Assembly: GCA_963827655.1 (NCBI GenBank)
Contig: CAWHCF010000049.1
Span: 384,001-448,000, forward strand
Direction of reading: 5' to 3'
Length of the DNA: 64,000 nucleotides
DNA from: an uncultured Acidobacteriota bacterium
GTDB lineage: Bacteria > Acidobacteriota > UBA6911
Position numbers and translations under genes: made by a program. Each line of letters opens with the position of its first letter. The first letter of the stretch is position 1. The notes under the pieces were generated by a model that saw only the letters and a program-made list of their open reading frames with translations, made no database searches and was not told where the DNA came from. Below, in pieces: positions 22,494 through 31,913 of this stretch.

Positions 22494-22669
22494 AGGAGTT
22501 CTGCCAAATTTCCTTGTCCGGAATGAGCGGCGATAATAAGATCGACGCACCGGGAACGTCGAGATGCACTAACGCCTGCGCATGTTAGCATTCGCAAAAA
22601 GGGGGTGGGGGATGAAGCTTGTCTGCATATTATGCTCCGCCTGGGTGAGCCTGGCCGCAGTCGCGGCAT

Positions 22670-22807
22670 CTGGACGAAAGCGGCGATCTCAAGATGACCA
22701 CTGATTTCCGGCGCGTTTACGCGACGATGCTGGACGAATGGATGGGATGCAAAGATATCCGCTCGCTCTTGCGCGGCGACTATTCCGCCCTGGGAGTTTT
22801 CAGCTAA
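22670..22807 (+). pseudogene. C-terminal remnant resembling DUF1501-family proteins
   Basis: Translates LDESGDLKMTTDFRRVYATMLDEWMGCKDIRSLLRGDYSALGVFS*; no upstream gene body; the stop TAA is the MITE target site. Confidence 0.6.
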
Positions 22808-23040
22808 GGGTTCGCGCAGAAATAAGTTCGCATTCTGCTGCAGGCCCCCAGGCCCGCTGGCGAGACGCGAGCGACGATGCGTACCCGGCGCGGTACGTGA
22901 GGAGCTAGCAACAAAGCCAGCGGGCCTGCGGGCCGCAGCCCGAAGGGGCGCGATCCTCGGCGGCTTAGCGAACAGAAACCGGTTCATGATTTGACCACCA
23001 ACTCTCGCGCCAGAATGTGAAGTTATTTCTGTGCGAGCCC
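22808..23040 (-). mobile_element. 233-bp MITE, copy 1 (inverted relative to copies 2 and 3)
   Basis: ~30-bp imperfect TIRs GGG(C/T)TCGCGCAGAAATAA(C/G)TTC(A/G)CATTCTG; TAA on both sides (22805-22807, 23041-23043). Confidence 0.9.
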
Positions 23041-23107
23041 TAAGATTCTCGGAGTTTTCGGGTCCACTCACGAAGACCTGACGCTACCCGTATCACCGGA
23101 GAGCAGG

Positions 23108-24397
23108 ATGAGTCTTGCAAGGATCGTATTCTGCGCTGTTTCGATAATTCTGGGGCTGCCCCTCAAGGGGCAGGAGCCGGTGCCGGGCAATCCCGCCGAT
23201 GTTATCCGGGAGGGTCAAAATCAGAAGAGAGCGTTAAGAATCGTCGAGGGTGTCTATCAGGCGGTTGGTTTCGGCAACACCTTCATGGTGACCACGAGCG
23301 AAGGGAACGTGATCATCGATACCTCGCTCGCCGCGGGAGCTGCCCACCACGTTAAACTCCTCAAGGCCGAGAATGCCGGGCCGATCCGATATATCATTCT
23401 GACCCATGGGCACGGAGACCACACCGGCGGTGTGGGGCTGTGGAGAGAACCGGGCACCGCTATCATTGCGCAAAGAAACCATGTTGAATTCATGCACTAC
23501 CAGGCGCGACTGCACGGATTCTTCGGATTGCGTAATGCGGCACAGTTCGCTCTGCCCAGGCCGGCGGGCCGCGAGTGGCCCGGCAACTACGGCGCGAAGA
23601 TCGAGCCCAGCCTCTTGTTCGACGACAGACATGAGTTCACCCTCGGCGCGACCAAATTCGAGCTGTATCACACGCCGGGCGAAACACCGGATCATCTCAC
23701 GGTGTGGCTGCCGCAGAGTAAGGCCGCCTTCGTGGGCGATAACTATTACCAGTCATTTCCCAACATCTACACCTTGCGCGGCACGCAGCCGCGGTGGGCA
23801 TTGGACTACATCCATTCGCTTGACAAGGTCCTGTCGCTCAAGCCCGAGGTCGTTCTGCCGAGTCACGGTCCGCCTATCCACGGCAATGCGGAGATTACCC
23901 GCCTTCTGACGCGCTACCGCGATGCCGTTCAATACGTACACGACGAGACGGTGAAAGGGATGAACGCGGGCAAGGATGTTTTTACCCTGATGCGCGAGAT
24001 CAAGCTTCCCGCCGCACTGGATGTGGGTGAAGGTTACGGCAAGTTGAGCTGGTCGATACGAGGCATTTACGAAGGGTACGCCGGATGGTTTGACTTGAAT
24101 CCGGCCACGATGTACGAGGTGCCTTCGTCTTCTGTTCACGCGGACCTTGTAAGGCTTGCCGGCGGGGCTGGTGCCATTGTCAAGCTGGCGACGGAACGAG
24201 TCGAGGGCGGCCGGGCCGTCGAGGCATTACACCTGATCGAGGCCGCTCTGGCTGCTGATCCGGACAGCCGCCCGGCGCTCGAGGTCCGGCTCAAGGCGCT
24301 CCAGTCTCTTCGGGACCGGTCCCGCAACAGCAATGAGCGCGGGTGGCTGGATTACAGCATAGGCGTTACCAAAGGTAAGCTTGTGGGAAAACAATGA
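23108..24397 (+). CDS. Alkyl sulfatase-like MBL-fold metallo-hydrolase
   Basis: Signal peptide, THGHGDH, HTPGETPDH, FPNIYTLRG, PSHG, IYEGYAGWFD. Confidence 0.9.
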   Translation: MSLARIVFCAVSIILGLPLKGQEPVPGNPADVIREGQNQKRALRIVEGVYQAVGFGNTFMVTTSEGNVIIDTSLAAGAAHHVKLLKAENAGPIRYIILTHGHGDHTGGVGLWREPGTAIIAQRNHVEFMHYQARLHGFFGLRNAAQFALPRPAGREWPGNYGAKIEPSLLFDDRHEFTLGATKFELYHTPGETPDHLTVWLPQSKAAFVGDNYYQSFPNIYTLRGTQPRWALDYIHSLDKVLSLKPEVVLPSHGPPIHGNAEITRLLTRYRDAVQYVHDETVKGMNAGKDVFTLMREIKLPAALDVGEGYGKLSWSIRGIYEGYAGWFDLNPATMYEVPSSSVHADLVRLAGGAGAIVKLATERVEGGRAVEALHLIEAALAADPDSRPALEVRLKALQSLRDRSRNSNERGWLDYSIGVTKGKLVGKQ

Positions 24398-24489
24398 GGG
24401 AAAGGGTCCACCTCTCTTGACGGGCTTTCCCGCTGCGCTGGAGACGCGAATGTATTGAGGCTTGACGGCCGTTGAGAGGGTTGAGCGCT

Positions 24490-24912
24490 ATGGGACGAAG
24501 CGTATTGGCCGTGTTGCTGGGTGTCGTAGTTGGCGGTCTTCTGGTTGCAGCAGTCGAATTCGTGAGCCATTTGATCTATCCGCCGCCACCGGGCCTGGAC
24601 CCAGCCAACATCGAGGCATTGAAGGCGGCGATGGCGAACGCTCCGGCCGGTGCTCTTCTGTTTGTCCTGCTCGCATGGGCCTTAGGCAGTCTTGGGGGAG
24701 GCTGGCTCGCGGCGAGCATTGCGCGCCGCTCTCACACACGGCACGCCCTGATTGTGGGGGCAGTCCTGATGGCGATGGGAATCCTGAATATGGTGATGAT
24801 TCCCCATCCACCATGGTTCTGGCTTGCCGCGCTGGTACTTTTTCTTCCCGCCGCCTACCTGGGAGCGAGGCTGGCCAGGCCGGGAGTGCCGCCGGAAACC
24901 TCGCGTGCGTGA
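24490..24912 (+). CDS. Hypothetical membrane protein (about 4 TM)
   Basis: Hydrophobic helices with YPPPPG and IPHPPWF loops. Confidence 0.75.
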   Translation: MGRSVLAVLLGVVVGGLLVAAVEFVSHLIYPPPPGLDPANIEALKAAMANAPAGALLFVLLAWALGSLGGGWLAASIARRSHTRHALIVGAVLMAMGILNMVMIPHPPWFWLAALVLFLPAAYLGARLARPGVPPETSRA

Positions 24913-25254
24913 ACGATCCGGGCACATATTCCTTGCCCAAGAATCGGTTTTGGTCTACGTTACTCTCCAGCGCGGCGCCCAATTGGGATCGCGGCGAATG
25001 CCTATGATTGTCGTCTGATTTTGAGCAGGTTGTAGCCGGCTTCGGGCGGCGGAATGAACGCCGCTTGCCAGACGGTAAGGTCTGCTCAACCCTCCACTCG
25101 AAAAACACCAGCCATTTCCGGCGTTGTTCGCTTCGCGAGCAGCGGATCGCCTCGTCTACGTGACGAGGCTGGCTGCCCTGCTGTTGTGATCCGACAACCG
25201 AAACCAGAAATGGCAAAACAGAACATCGATTCTCTCAGACTCAGGAGACAGAAA

Positions 25255-26316
25255 GTGGCGACGCTCGAAGCATTAGGGTGGAATTCGTTTTTTGCGGAGC
25301 AAGCGCGCAGGTTTCCTGGCCTCGCGCCCGCGCGGGTGACGGTAGAGCACAAGCATTTCTATCGTGTCGTCGTGGAGTGCGGCGAGATGCGTGCGGAGGT
25401 GGCTGGCCGGCTGCGTCATCAGGCGACAGGAAGGGACGGCTTTCCGGCGGTGGGCGACTGGGTGCTCGTCCAGCCTCGGCCACTGGAGAAGCGCGCGACG
25501 ATTCATCGCATTCTTGATCGCCGAAGCAAGCTCTCGCGCAAGGCAGCCGGCCTCGAGACGCAGGAGCAGATCCTCGTCGCGAACATCAATACCGTGTTTC
25601 TGCTCCAGTCGCTCAACCGGGACTTCAACCCGCGGCGCCTGGAGCGCTATCTCACGATGGCGTGGGATAGCGGCGCGAATCCGGTTGTGCTGTTGACGAA
25701 GCTGGATCTCTGCCGGGACGTGAGGCCCTTTCTTGACCAGGTGGAAGTCGTTGCCGCCGGCGTCCCGGTTCATGCCTTGAGCGCGATCACCGGTGACGGG
25801 CTCGAAAGCCTCGACCCGTATCTCGGGATCGGCCAATCCGTGGTGATGCTGGGCTCATCCGGTGTCGGAAAGAGCACGCTGGTTAACCACCTCGCAGGCG
25901 CCCATCTCCTCGAGGTTGGGGAAATCCGGTACGACGATGATCGAGGCCGGCATACAACCGCACAGCGGCAGCTGATCCTTCTTCCGCGCGGCGGCATCGT
26001 GATCGACACGCCCGGAATGCGCGAGCTTCAACCGTGGGCCGCCGGACTCGATAGGACGTTTGCCGACGTCGAAGATCTTGCGCGCGAGTGCCGTTTCCGC
26101 GATTGCAAGCACGAAGCCGAGCCCGGTTGCCGCGTGCGGACCGCCCTCCAGGAGGGGATCCTCGATGCGGCGCGCTTTCACAGCTACCGGAAGCTGGGTG
26201 CGGAGTTGAAGTACCTCGAGCGCCGGCGCGACGCATTCGGCATGGCGCAAGAGAAAGAGAAGTGGAAAAAGATTCACAAGGCCCACAACAGGATGATGCG
26301 CGAGCGCGGCCGCTGA
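25255..26316 (+). CDS. rsgA: Ribosome small subunit-dependent GTPase A
   Basis: AVGDWV, TKLD, GSSGVGKST, GRHTT, DTPGMRE, CRFRDCKHEAEPGC; AGGAG before GTG at 25255. Confidence 0.95.
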   Translation: MATLEALGWNSFFAEQARRFPGLAPARVTVEHKHFYRVVVECGEMRAEVAGRLRHQATGRDGFPAVGDWVLVQPRPLEKRATIHRILDRRSKLSRKAAGLETQEQILVANINTVFLLQSLNRDFNPRRLERYLTMAWDSGANPVVLLTKLDLCRDVRPFLDQVEVVAAGVPVHALSAITGDGLESLDPYLGIGQSVVMLGSSGVGKSTLVNHLAGAHLLEVGEIRYDDDRGRHTTAQRQLILLPRGGIVIDTPGMRELQPWAAGLDRTFADVEDLARECRFRDCKHEAEPGCRVRTALQEGILDAARFHSYRKLGAELKYLERRRDAFGMAQEKEKWKKIHKAHNRMMRERGR

Positions 26317-26443
26317 ACGGACGAGTGGGCCGATCGTAACCATTTAGATGAATCTTGGTTACCGTTTGCCACCGGCGAACAGCGTGTCTAGTGGTCTTCT
26401 GTTTCGTGTCACTGCGTGGTCATCTTATGAGTCTTCGGCGACA

Positions 26444-29400
26444 TTACAGGCGGATTTCGGCCTCGCGGGCAGGCAGGATGCGCACCGGCCCCAGGAGCCC
26501 GGATGCGAGCAGCGGCGTGCTCTTATTCCAGCGCGCGTTGGTGCGCGCAAGCTCCGATGCTTCCGACAGCGCCTGACCGGTCAAGCGATTTGACCACGTG
26601 TTGGCCACTTCCACCTCCAGGCGGTTCGTGCCGGCGTCTGCCGCTTGAGTGATCTCGAGCCGGAACGGTCGGGTCCAGCAGATTCCTGCTTCTTTGCCGT
26701 TAAGGCGGAGGCGGGCGATCACGCGCACATCACCCAGGTCGAGAAACAGGCGCAGACCGGGTTCGAAAAGCTCACCAGGGAGGTCGACCGTCTTACTGTA
26801 AGTGGCGATTCCGGAGAAATACTTGATCCCCGGCTCGGTGTTTTCCGTCCATGACACCAGCCTCGGGAAAGTTGTCGAGACGGGCGCTCCCCAGCCCTCG
26901 CCGAAACGAACGTCCCACGGTCCGGCGATCTCAACTGCCGGAGGCATCCTGTCCAGCGTACAGTTCGACTGCCGACCGGCACGGACCCGGTAAGAGCCGG
27001 GACTGAACGAGAGCAGCTTCACGCGGTCTTGATCCGGCATCGACACTTCAACCGATGGGAGATGCTCGATCGCCATGTTGGCCGCGACCGCCTGTCCATC
27101 GCGGACAATTGTTAAAGGTTCCGAGTTCGTGGACCGGTCGAACACCACGAACGACGAGCCGAGGGGTGGGAGAACGAGTGGAACGCGCGTACCGCCGCCG
27201 TCGGCTCCGGATACGGGCAGCGGGTGCCTGACACCGGTCACGGGATCCCAGAGATTCGGCCGGCCCTTTTGCGCGAAAGACGCAATCAGCCGGGGCCCAT
27301 TCTTCGCCCTTGTTGCGGACGAAGTAGACGTCGCGAGGGCCGTCCCGGCGATGGATGTAATCGAGATCGATTTGGCCGCCACGGCCCGAGAAAGAGAAAT
27401 CCGGCCGCAATCCGCGGCGTCGCAGAATCTCGGCGATGGACACGCCGCAATAGACCATGCCCTTACCGTGCGCCCGCTCTCGGATCCGTACGCCATCGCA
27501 ATCGCCCCAGAGCCTGGAAGCAAGATCCCGCACCCTGGCGTCGCAATCGGGATAGTCCCTCAGGCCTGTGGCGCGCCGGGGCCTCGGCCCGGAAACAGTC
27601 GCGCCTTCGCGGACCAGTTGCTCGATCCGTTCGAGAACCTCGACATCCAGGTCGCGGCGATCAGGCAAGACGAGCACTTCGTAGCTCAAACCATCAGGGA
27701 GGACCAACCTGCGGTTTTTGACCACGATTCGGTTCAGGAGCGCATCCGAGTTCGTGGTGTCGAAGTCGTAGCCGGTGGGCAAGCCGATTTCGGCCGCGGA
27801 GCTTTTTTCAGGCGCGAAGTTGAAGCCCCGCTCGCCGTAGTAGTAGCAGATGTCGGCGACGAACAAGCCCTGCCGCAGGAACCAGGAGCAGCGGGCAAGG
27901 TAATCGAGAAACGGGTTGACCATTGGCCACCAGGTTTCGTTCGGGCCGAAGTGAGTGCCGGCGTGATAGACCCATCCAGGCTTGCCCGCCTGCTCGGGCA
28001 CGTGCGGCATGGTATGCCAGACGAAGTGATTGGCGCCGTCGCAGAAAGCGCGGTCGGCAATTTCTTTGATGTCACGTGGGCCGTCCTGCCAGTGCCGGAA
28101 GCTGGTGAATGCTTCCATTTGCACCAGAGGCCGGCCGTAAATGTGGGCTGCCGAAGCGGTCTCTTTCACCACCCAGGTCTGCCGTCCCTTCCAGAATTCG
28201 CCTCGGGGAATGTCCAGAGCGCCCTGGGCTCTGAGCGCATCGACGGGGACCTGGTGCAATGGCCAGCCGGGGCCGCCGGCTTCGGCGACCAGCTTCAGCC
28301 CGTACTCTGAAGCGGTCTCCCGGGTCACGCGGTAGAAGTTATCGATAAACAGGTCACTGACGGTGCGACGGTAATCGATGCGGAAGCGTTCCGACACGTC
28401 TTCGTCTGCAACTACGGCGCCCGCCAGTACCGGCAGATAGCGGCGCGGGTCGTAGCCGCGCCGGCGACGGAATTCCTCGATAAAGTTCGGAGTCCAGATC
28501 GAGCCACGGACCTCGTAGCTGCACGCATAAAAATACTTCAGCGCCGTCTTGCGAAGATCGCCCAGCTCCGCGCGCAGGCGCTCCAGCATATGCCGCGTGT
28601 GCATGCGGGCTGCATCCGCGCTGAAGTGATCGATAATGAAACCATCGGAGTGCGGGCTGGGGGCTTTCAGCTTTTCTCCGTTATTGGCCGCGATGAATCG
28701 GTACACAATCCATTTTCCGGCAGGGACGTCCCAGGTGAGGCGGTTGTGCGCGTCGAGACGGCTCGTCAGGTCCAGGATCTCCGATGGATCTCTGACCAGG
28801 GGAGGAGCCCCGCTCACGGCGGCCCAGCTACCCTCGGGGCCGGTCAACCGCCCATCATAGATATTTTCGGCCATCCACTCGCGCTCGAGGCCAGCCTCCG
28901 TGGTGAAGCGCACCAGGCCCCCGACCGTCTTGCGGCCGTCGGCCGTCTGGACTGTCACGACGTTGTGGCGTCGGCCGAGAACGCTTCGAACTCAGCCAGC
29001 GCCACGCGGCCACCGGGATCATGACCGGAGACGACGCGGAGCTTCAGGAACTTCGCGCGAGCGGGCGGAATCGTAAAGGATTGTGCTCCCGTGCGGGCCT
29101 GCAGGGTACCGCGAAATGCTTCACGGAAATCCGAGGCATCGCTTCCCGATTCCGAAGCGTAGATGACAAACTCTTTGACGGATGAGTCCGACGCGGCATT
29201 GTGCAGCGTCACGCGGTTCACGGTGTGAGTCCCCGGGGCGAGATCGAAGACGAAGTCGAAACCCGGCCAGCTCTCATCAGCCGAAAGTGCGAGCACGGCC
29301 ACGTCGTTGTAGTAGGCGGGCGAGCCGTCGAGGTTTCGCGGCACCGGCGCGGGAAGCTTCGGGAAGGGCAATACCTCGGAGAAAGTGGCAGGTCCCTGGA

Positions 29401-29836
29401 CGGTCATGCGCGACCAATACAGTCCCTTGCTTGCGTGGTTCGGGCCGACCCACGATCCGCCGGAGTTCCAACTGCTGGCGTTGGTAAGGCCGACTTCCAT
29501 GCCTAGACGTCCGGCTTCGCGCACGGCGTGAGCGATCGCCTGGAGAGACTCCGTCCCCATGTATGCAGGTCCGGCTGGCACGCGATCGCCCGCGCGAGCC
29601 CCGATTTCCAGGATGTAGACGGCGCTGATGCCTGCTTTCTTCAGCTCCTCCAGTTCGCGGGTCATGCTGCGCCTGTCGGTGAATCCATTCAGCCATACCC
29701 AGTAGGTGGACGGGCGCGCCTCCCAGGGCGGATCGGCGAAGTGGGATACGTCCGCGTCGGCGCGCAGTTGTCGCGCTGCCAGCAAGGCGCCGCCGGCAAT
29801 GAGAAATTCGCGGCGATTCAATCGGGTCTCCGCCAT
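26444..29836 (-). CDS. Glycosyl hydrolase (GH106 alpha-L-rhamnosidase-like) with inserted F5/8-like module, Tat signal; frameshifts at ~28965 and ~27270
   Basis: NRREFL, ARPSTYWVWLNG, SSWNSGGSWV, SYEV, EFRRRRGYD, PRGEFW, ASAAHIYG, EAFTS, DYLARC, YFSGIATY, LEVEVANTWSNRL, SGLLGPV across three adjacent ORFs. Confidence 0.85.
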
Positions 29837-30006
29837 GGCCTCGCTCAAAAATAGAAGCGCAACGCGCCTGGTGCTTCTTCGTGTCTTTCAGTCTTAACGG
29901 TATTTGTCAGACAGCTCCAACCACGAAGACACGAAGGAACACTAAGTCGGTTGGTTCATAATTACGCCGACGTATTGGGCAGAGTCGGAGTCGGCTGTGT
30001 TGTTGC

Positions 30007-30190
30007 CTAGGGCCGAAGGCCCGTCAGTGAGTAGCCCCGCCCGTAAGGGCGGGGTTTTCAAAGGGTCCCTGACACGAGGTCCGAAGGACCGGCACTCCGG
30101 CTGTGTCGCACCTTCGGCGCTCCTTTTTAATATTGCAAGTATGATCCCGGCCTTACGGCCGGGCCTACTCTCTGGCGGCCCTTCAGGCCT
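30007..30190. repeat. REP/REPIN-like family A, most complete copy
   Basis: Nested hairpins GGGCCGAAGGCCC, CCCCGCCCGTAAGGGCGGGG, GGTCCGAAGGACC, CCCGGCCTTACGGCCGGG; outer arms complementary. Confidence 0.75.
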
Positions 30191-30258
30191 TACTGCCAAA
30201 ATACAGTCACCGTAATTGCGAACAGCAGCACTAAGGACGAATTTTTGAAGCTCTGTAC

Positions 30259-31299
30259 TCAGGTTGCGCTCCGCTGCATCTCTCGTCCGCTGTCGGGGAG
30301 GTTAAGCTTCCACCAGGATTCCGCGTGGGTTTGGGTCCAGCGGGCTCCCAATTCCACCTTATTCAATTCTTCCCAGAGTTCCAAGGCTGAAGAAGGCCTA
30401 TCCGTTGGCAGCTTTTCCAGGCAGGCGAGAACGATGTCGTCAAGAGTTGCGGGAATGTGGAGCTTGCACTCTTGCGATGGCGGGGAAGGTTTCCGCTGAG
30501 TATGCTCGAGCATCAGTTGGACCACGTTGTCGGCTTCAAAAGGAGGTCGTCCGGTCAGCATCCAGTAAGCCACGCACCCGACGCCGTACAAGTCCGCCCT
30601 GTGGTCCACCGCCTGTCCGAGGATTACTTCCGGTGCCGCGAAGGCAGGCGTCCCCACGAAGCCGCCGGTGCCGGTAACCGTCGTCTGCTCGCACGCTGCC
30701 CCCTCCTTGACCATTCCAAAATCCAGTACCTTGAGAAAGTCGTATTCGGAACCCATCTTGCACACGAAAATGTTGCCCGGCTTGATATCTCGATGGACGA
30801 GTCCGGCTTCGTGCGCCTCGGTCAGGGAACGGCACGTCTGTTGCAACAACATGGCGGCGAGCTGCATGGCCATCATCCCGGTATAGTGCATGGCGCCGAT
30901 TCCAAGACCCATCAACATGCCACTCAGCAGGAGAAGCGGAACACTCCACTGCTTCCGGCTCATCATCAACAAAACGACTCCTGCCGCCAGAACCGATGGG
31001 ATCACCGACAACAACGTTGTCTGGATATCGTAGGTGACAGGAATCGGCAGGCGCAGGGCCAGCATGCCGATGAAGTGCATTGCCCATACGCCCATTCCCA
31101 TAGTCGCGGCGCCGGCGACGAGCCAGGCGGCGAGGGTCGACGTTTTCTCCGATCCCTTAATGCGACCGGACAGTCCGAAGACCGCATAAGAGGCGATGGA
31201 AGCAATCACAACGGAGACTGCTACAAGCTCCGGGTTGTAGGAAGCTGGCAGGGCCAGGTCAACGGAAGAACTGCCGGTTAGAAACTTGATGGGAACCAG
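30259..31299 (-). CDS. MHYT sensor fragment fused in frame to the C-lobe of a Hanks-type Ser/Thr kinase (likely internally deleted)
   Basis: SYNPELVAVSVVIASIASY, GVWAMHFIGMLA, GAMHYTGMMAM, then directly AHEAGLVHRDIKPGN, DFG, GTPAFAAPE, DLYGVG. No G-loop or AxK. AAAGGAG precedes an in-frame CTG at 31299. Confidence 0.75.
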   Translation of the reverse strand: MVPIKFLTGSSSVDLALPASYNPELVAVSVVIASIASYAVFGLSGRIKGSEKTSTLAAWLVAGAATMGMGVWAMHFIGMLALRLPIPVTYDIQTTLLSVIPSVLAAGVVLLMMSRKQWSVPLLLLSGMLMGLGIGAMHYTGMMAMQLAAMLLQQTCRSLTEAHEAGLVHRDIKPGNIFVCKMGSEYDFLKVLDFGMVKEGAACEQTTVTGTGGFVGTPAFAAPEVILGQAVDHRADLYGVGCVAYWMLTGRPPFEADNVVQLMLEHTQRKPSPPSQECKLHIPATLDDIVLACLEKLPTDRPSSALELWEELNKVELGARWTQTHAESWWKLNLPDSGREMQRSAT

Positions 31300-31643
31300 T
31301 TGCTGACTCCTTTCACGGCCATGCGGGAGGGCACATCAATCGGATACTCGACCTCGGTCGCATTTTGCAACTCTGATAGGAAGGGCTCCCTCTCCAGGGT
31401 CGAATCGACCATGAGAAGGTCTGTCCGGCATTCAGGTATTTCAGTTCCGCTATACGGCAGCATGCCGCATTATAACCCTGTCCGCTGGTTATGAGATGCC
31501 TGGACGGCCGAGGCCTGCCGCTGCAGGACAATCCAGATGCGTAGCCGACTTAATGTTTTTCCTGGTCCGGCGAACACGCCGGCCTTGGTCCAAAGCAGGC
31601 GTTGCAGGTAACGTAGCTCGGAGATCACGCGAGGGGGGATTGA

Positions 31644-31910
31644 GTGTCCTTTCTACTTAAGTGCCCTAATTGCGGTGAACGCAGCGTGTACGAATTTCGC
31701 TTCGGGGGAGAATACCGGCCGCGTCCCGCACGGGATGCGCCGGATTCTGCGTGGGTCGAATACGTGTATTCACGAGAAAACAAAAACGGCGTGCACCGGG
31801 AGTGGTGGTACCACCGCGACGGGTGCGGAGCCTGGTTTCTGGCCCAGAGGGACACGGTCACCAATAACGTTCTGACAACCGTATGGCCCGAGAGTGCCAC
31901 ACAGGATTAA
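31644..31910 (+). CDS. soxD: Sarcosine oxidase delta subunit-like
   Basis: CPNCGER..EFRFGGE, EWWYH..GC..WF...RDTVTN. Confidence 0.9.
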   Translation: MSFLLKCPNCGERSVYEFRFGGEYRPRPARDAPDSAWVEYVYSRENKNGVHREWWYHRDGCGAWFLAQRDTVTNNVLTTVWPESATQD

Positions 31911-31913
31911 TGC

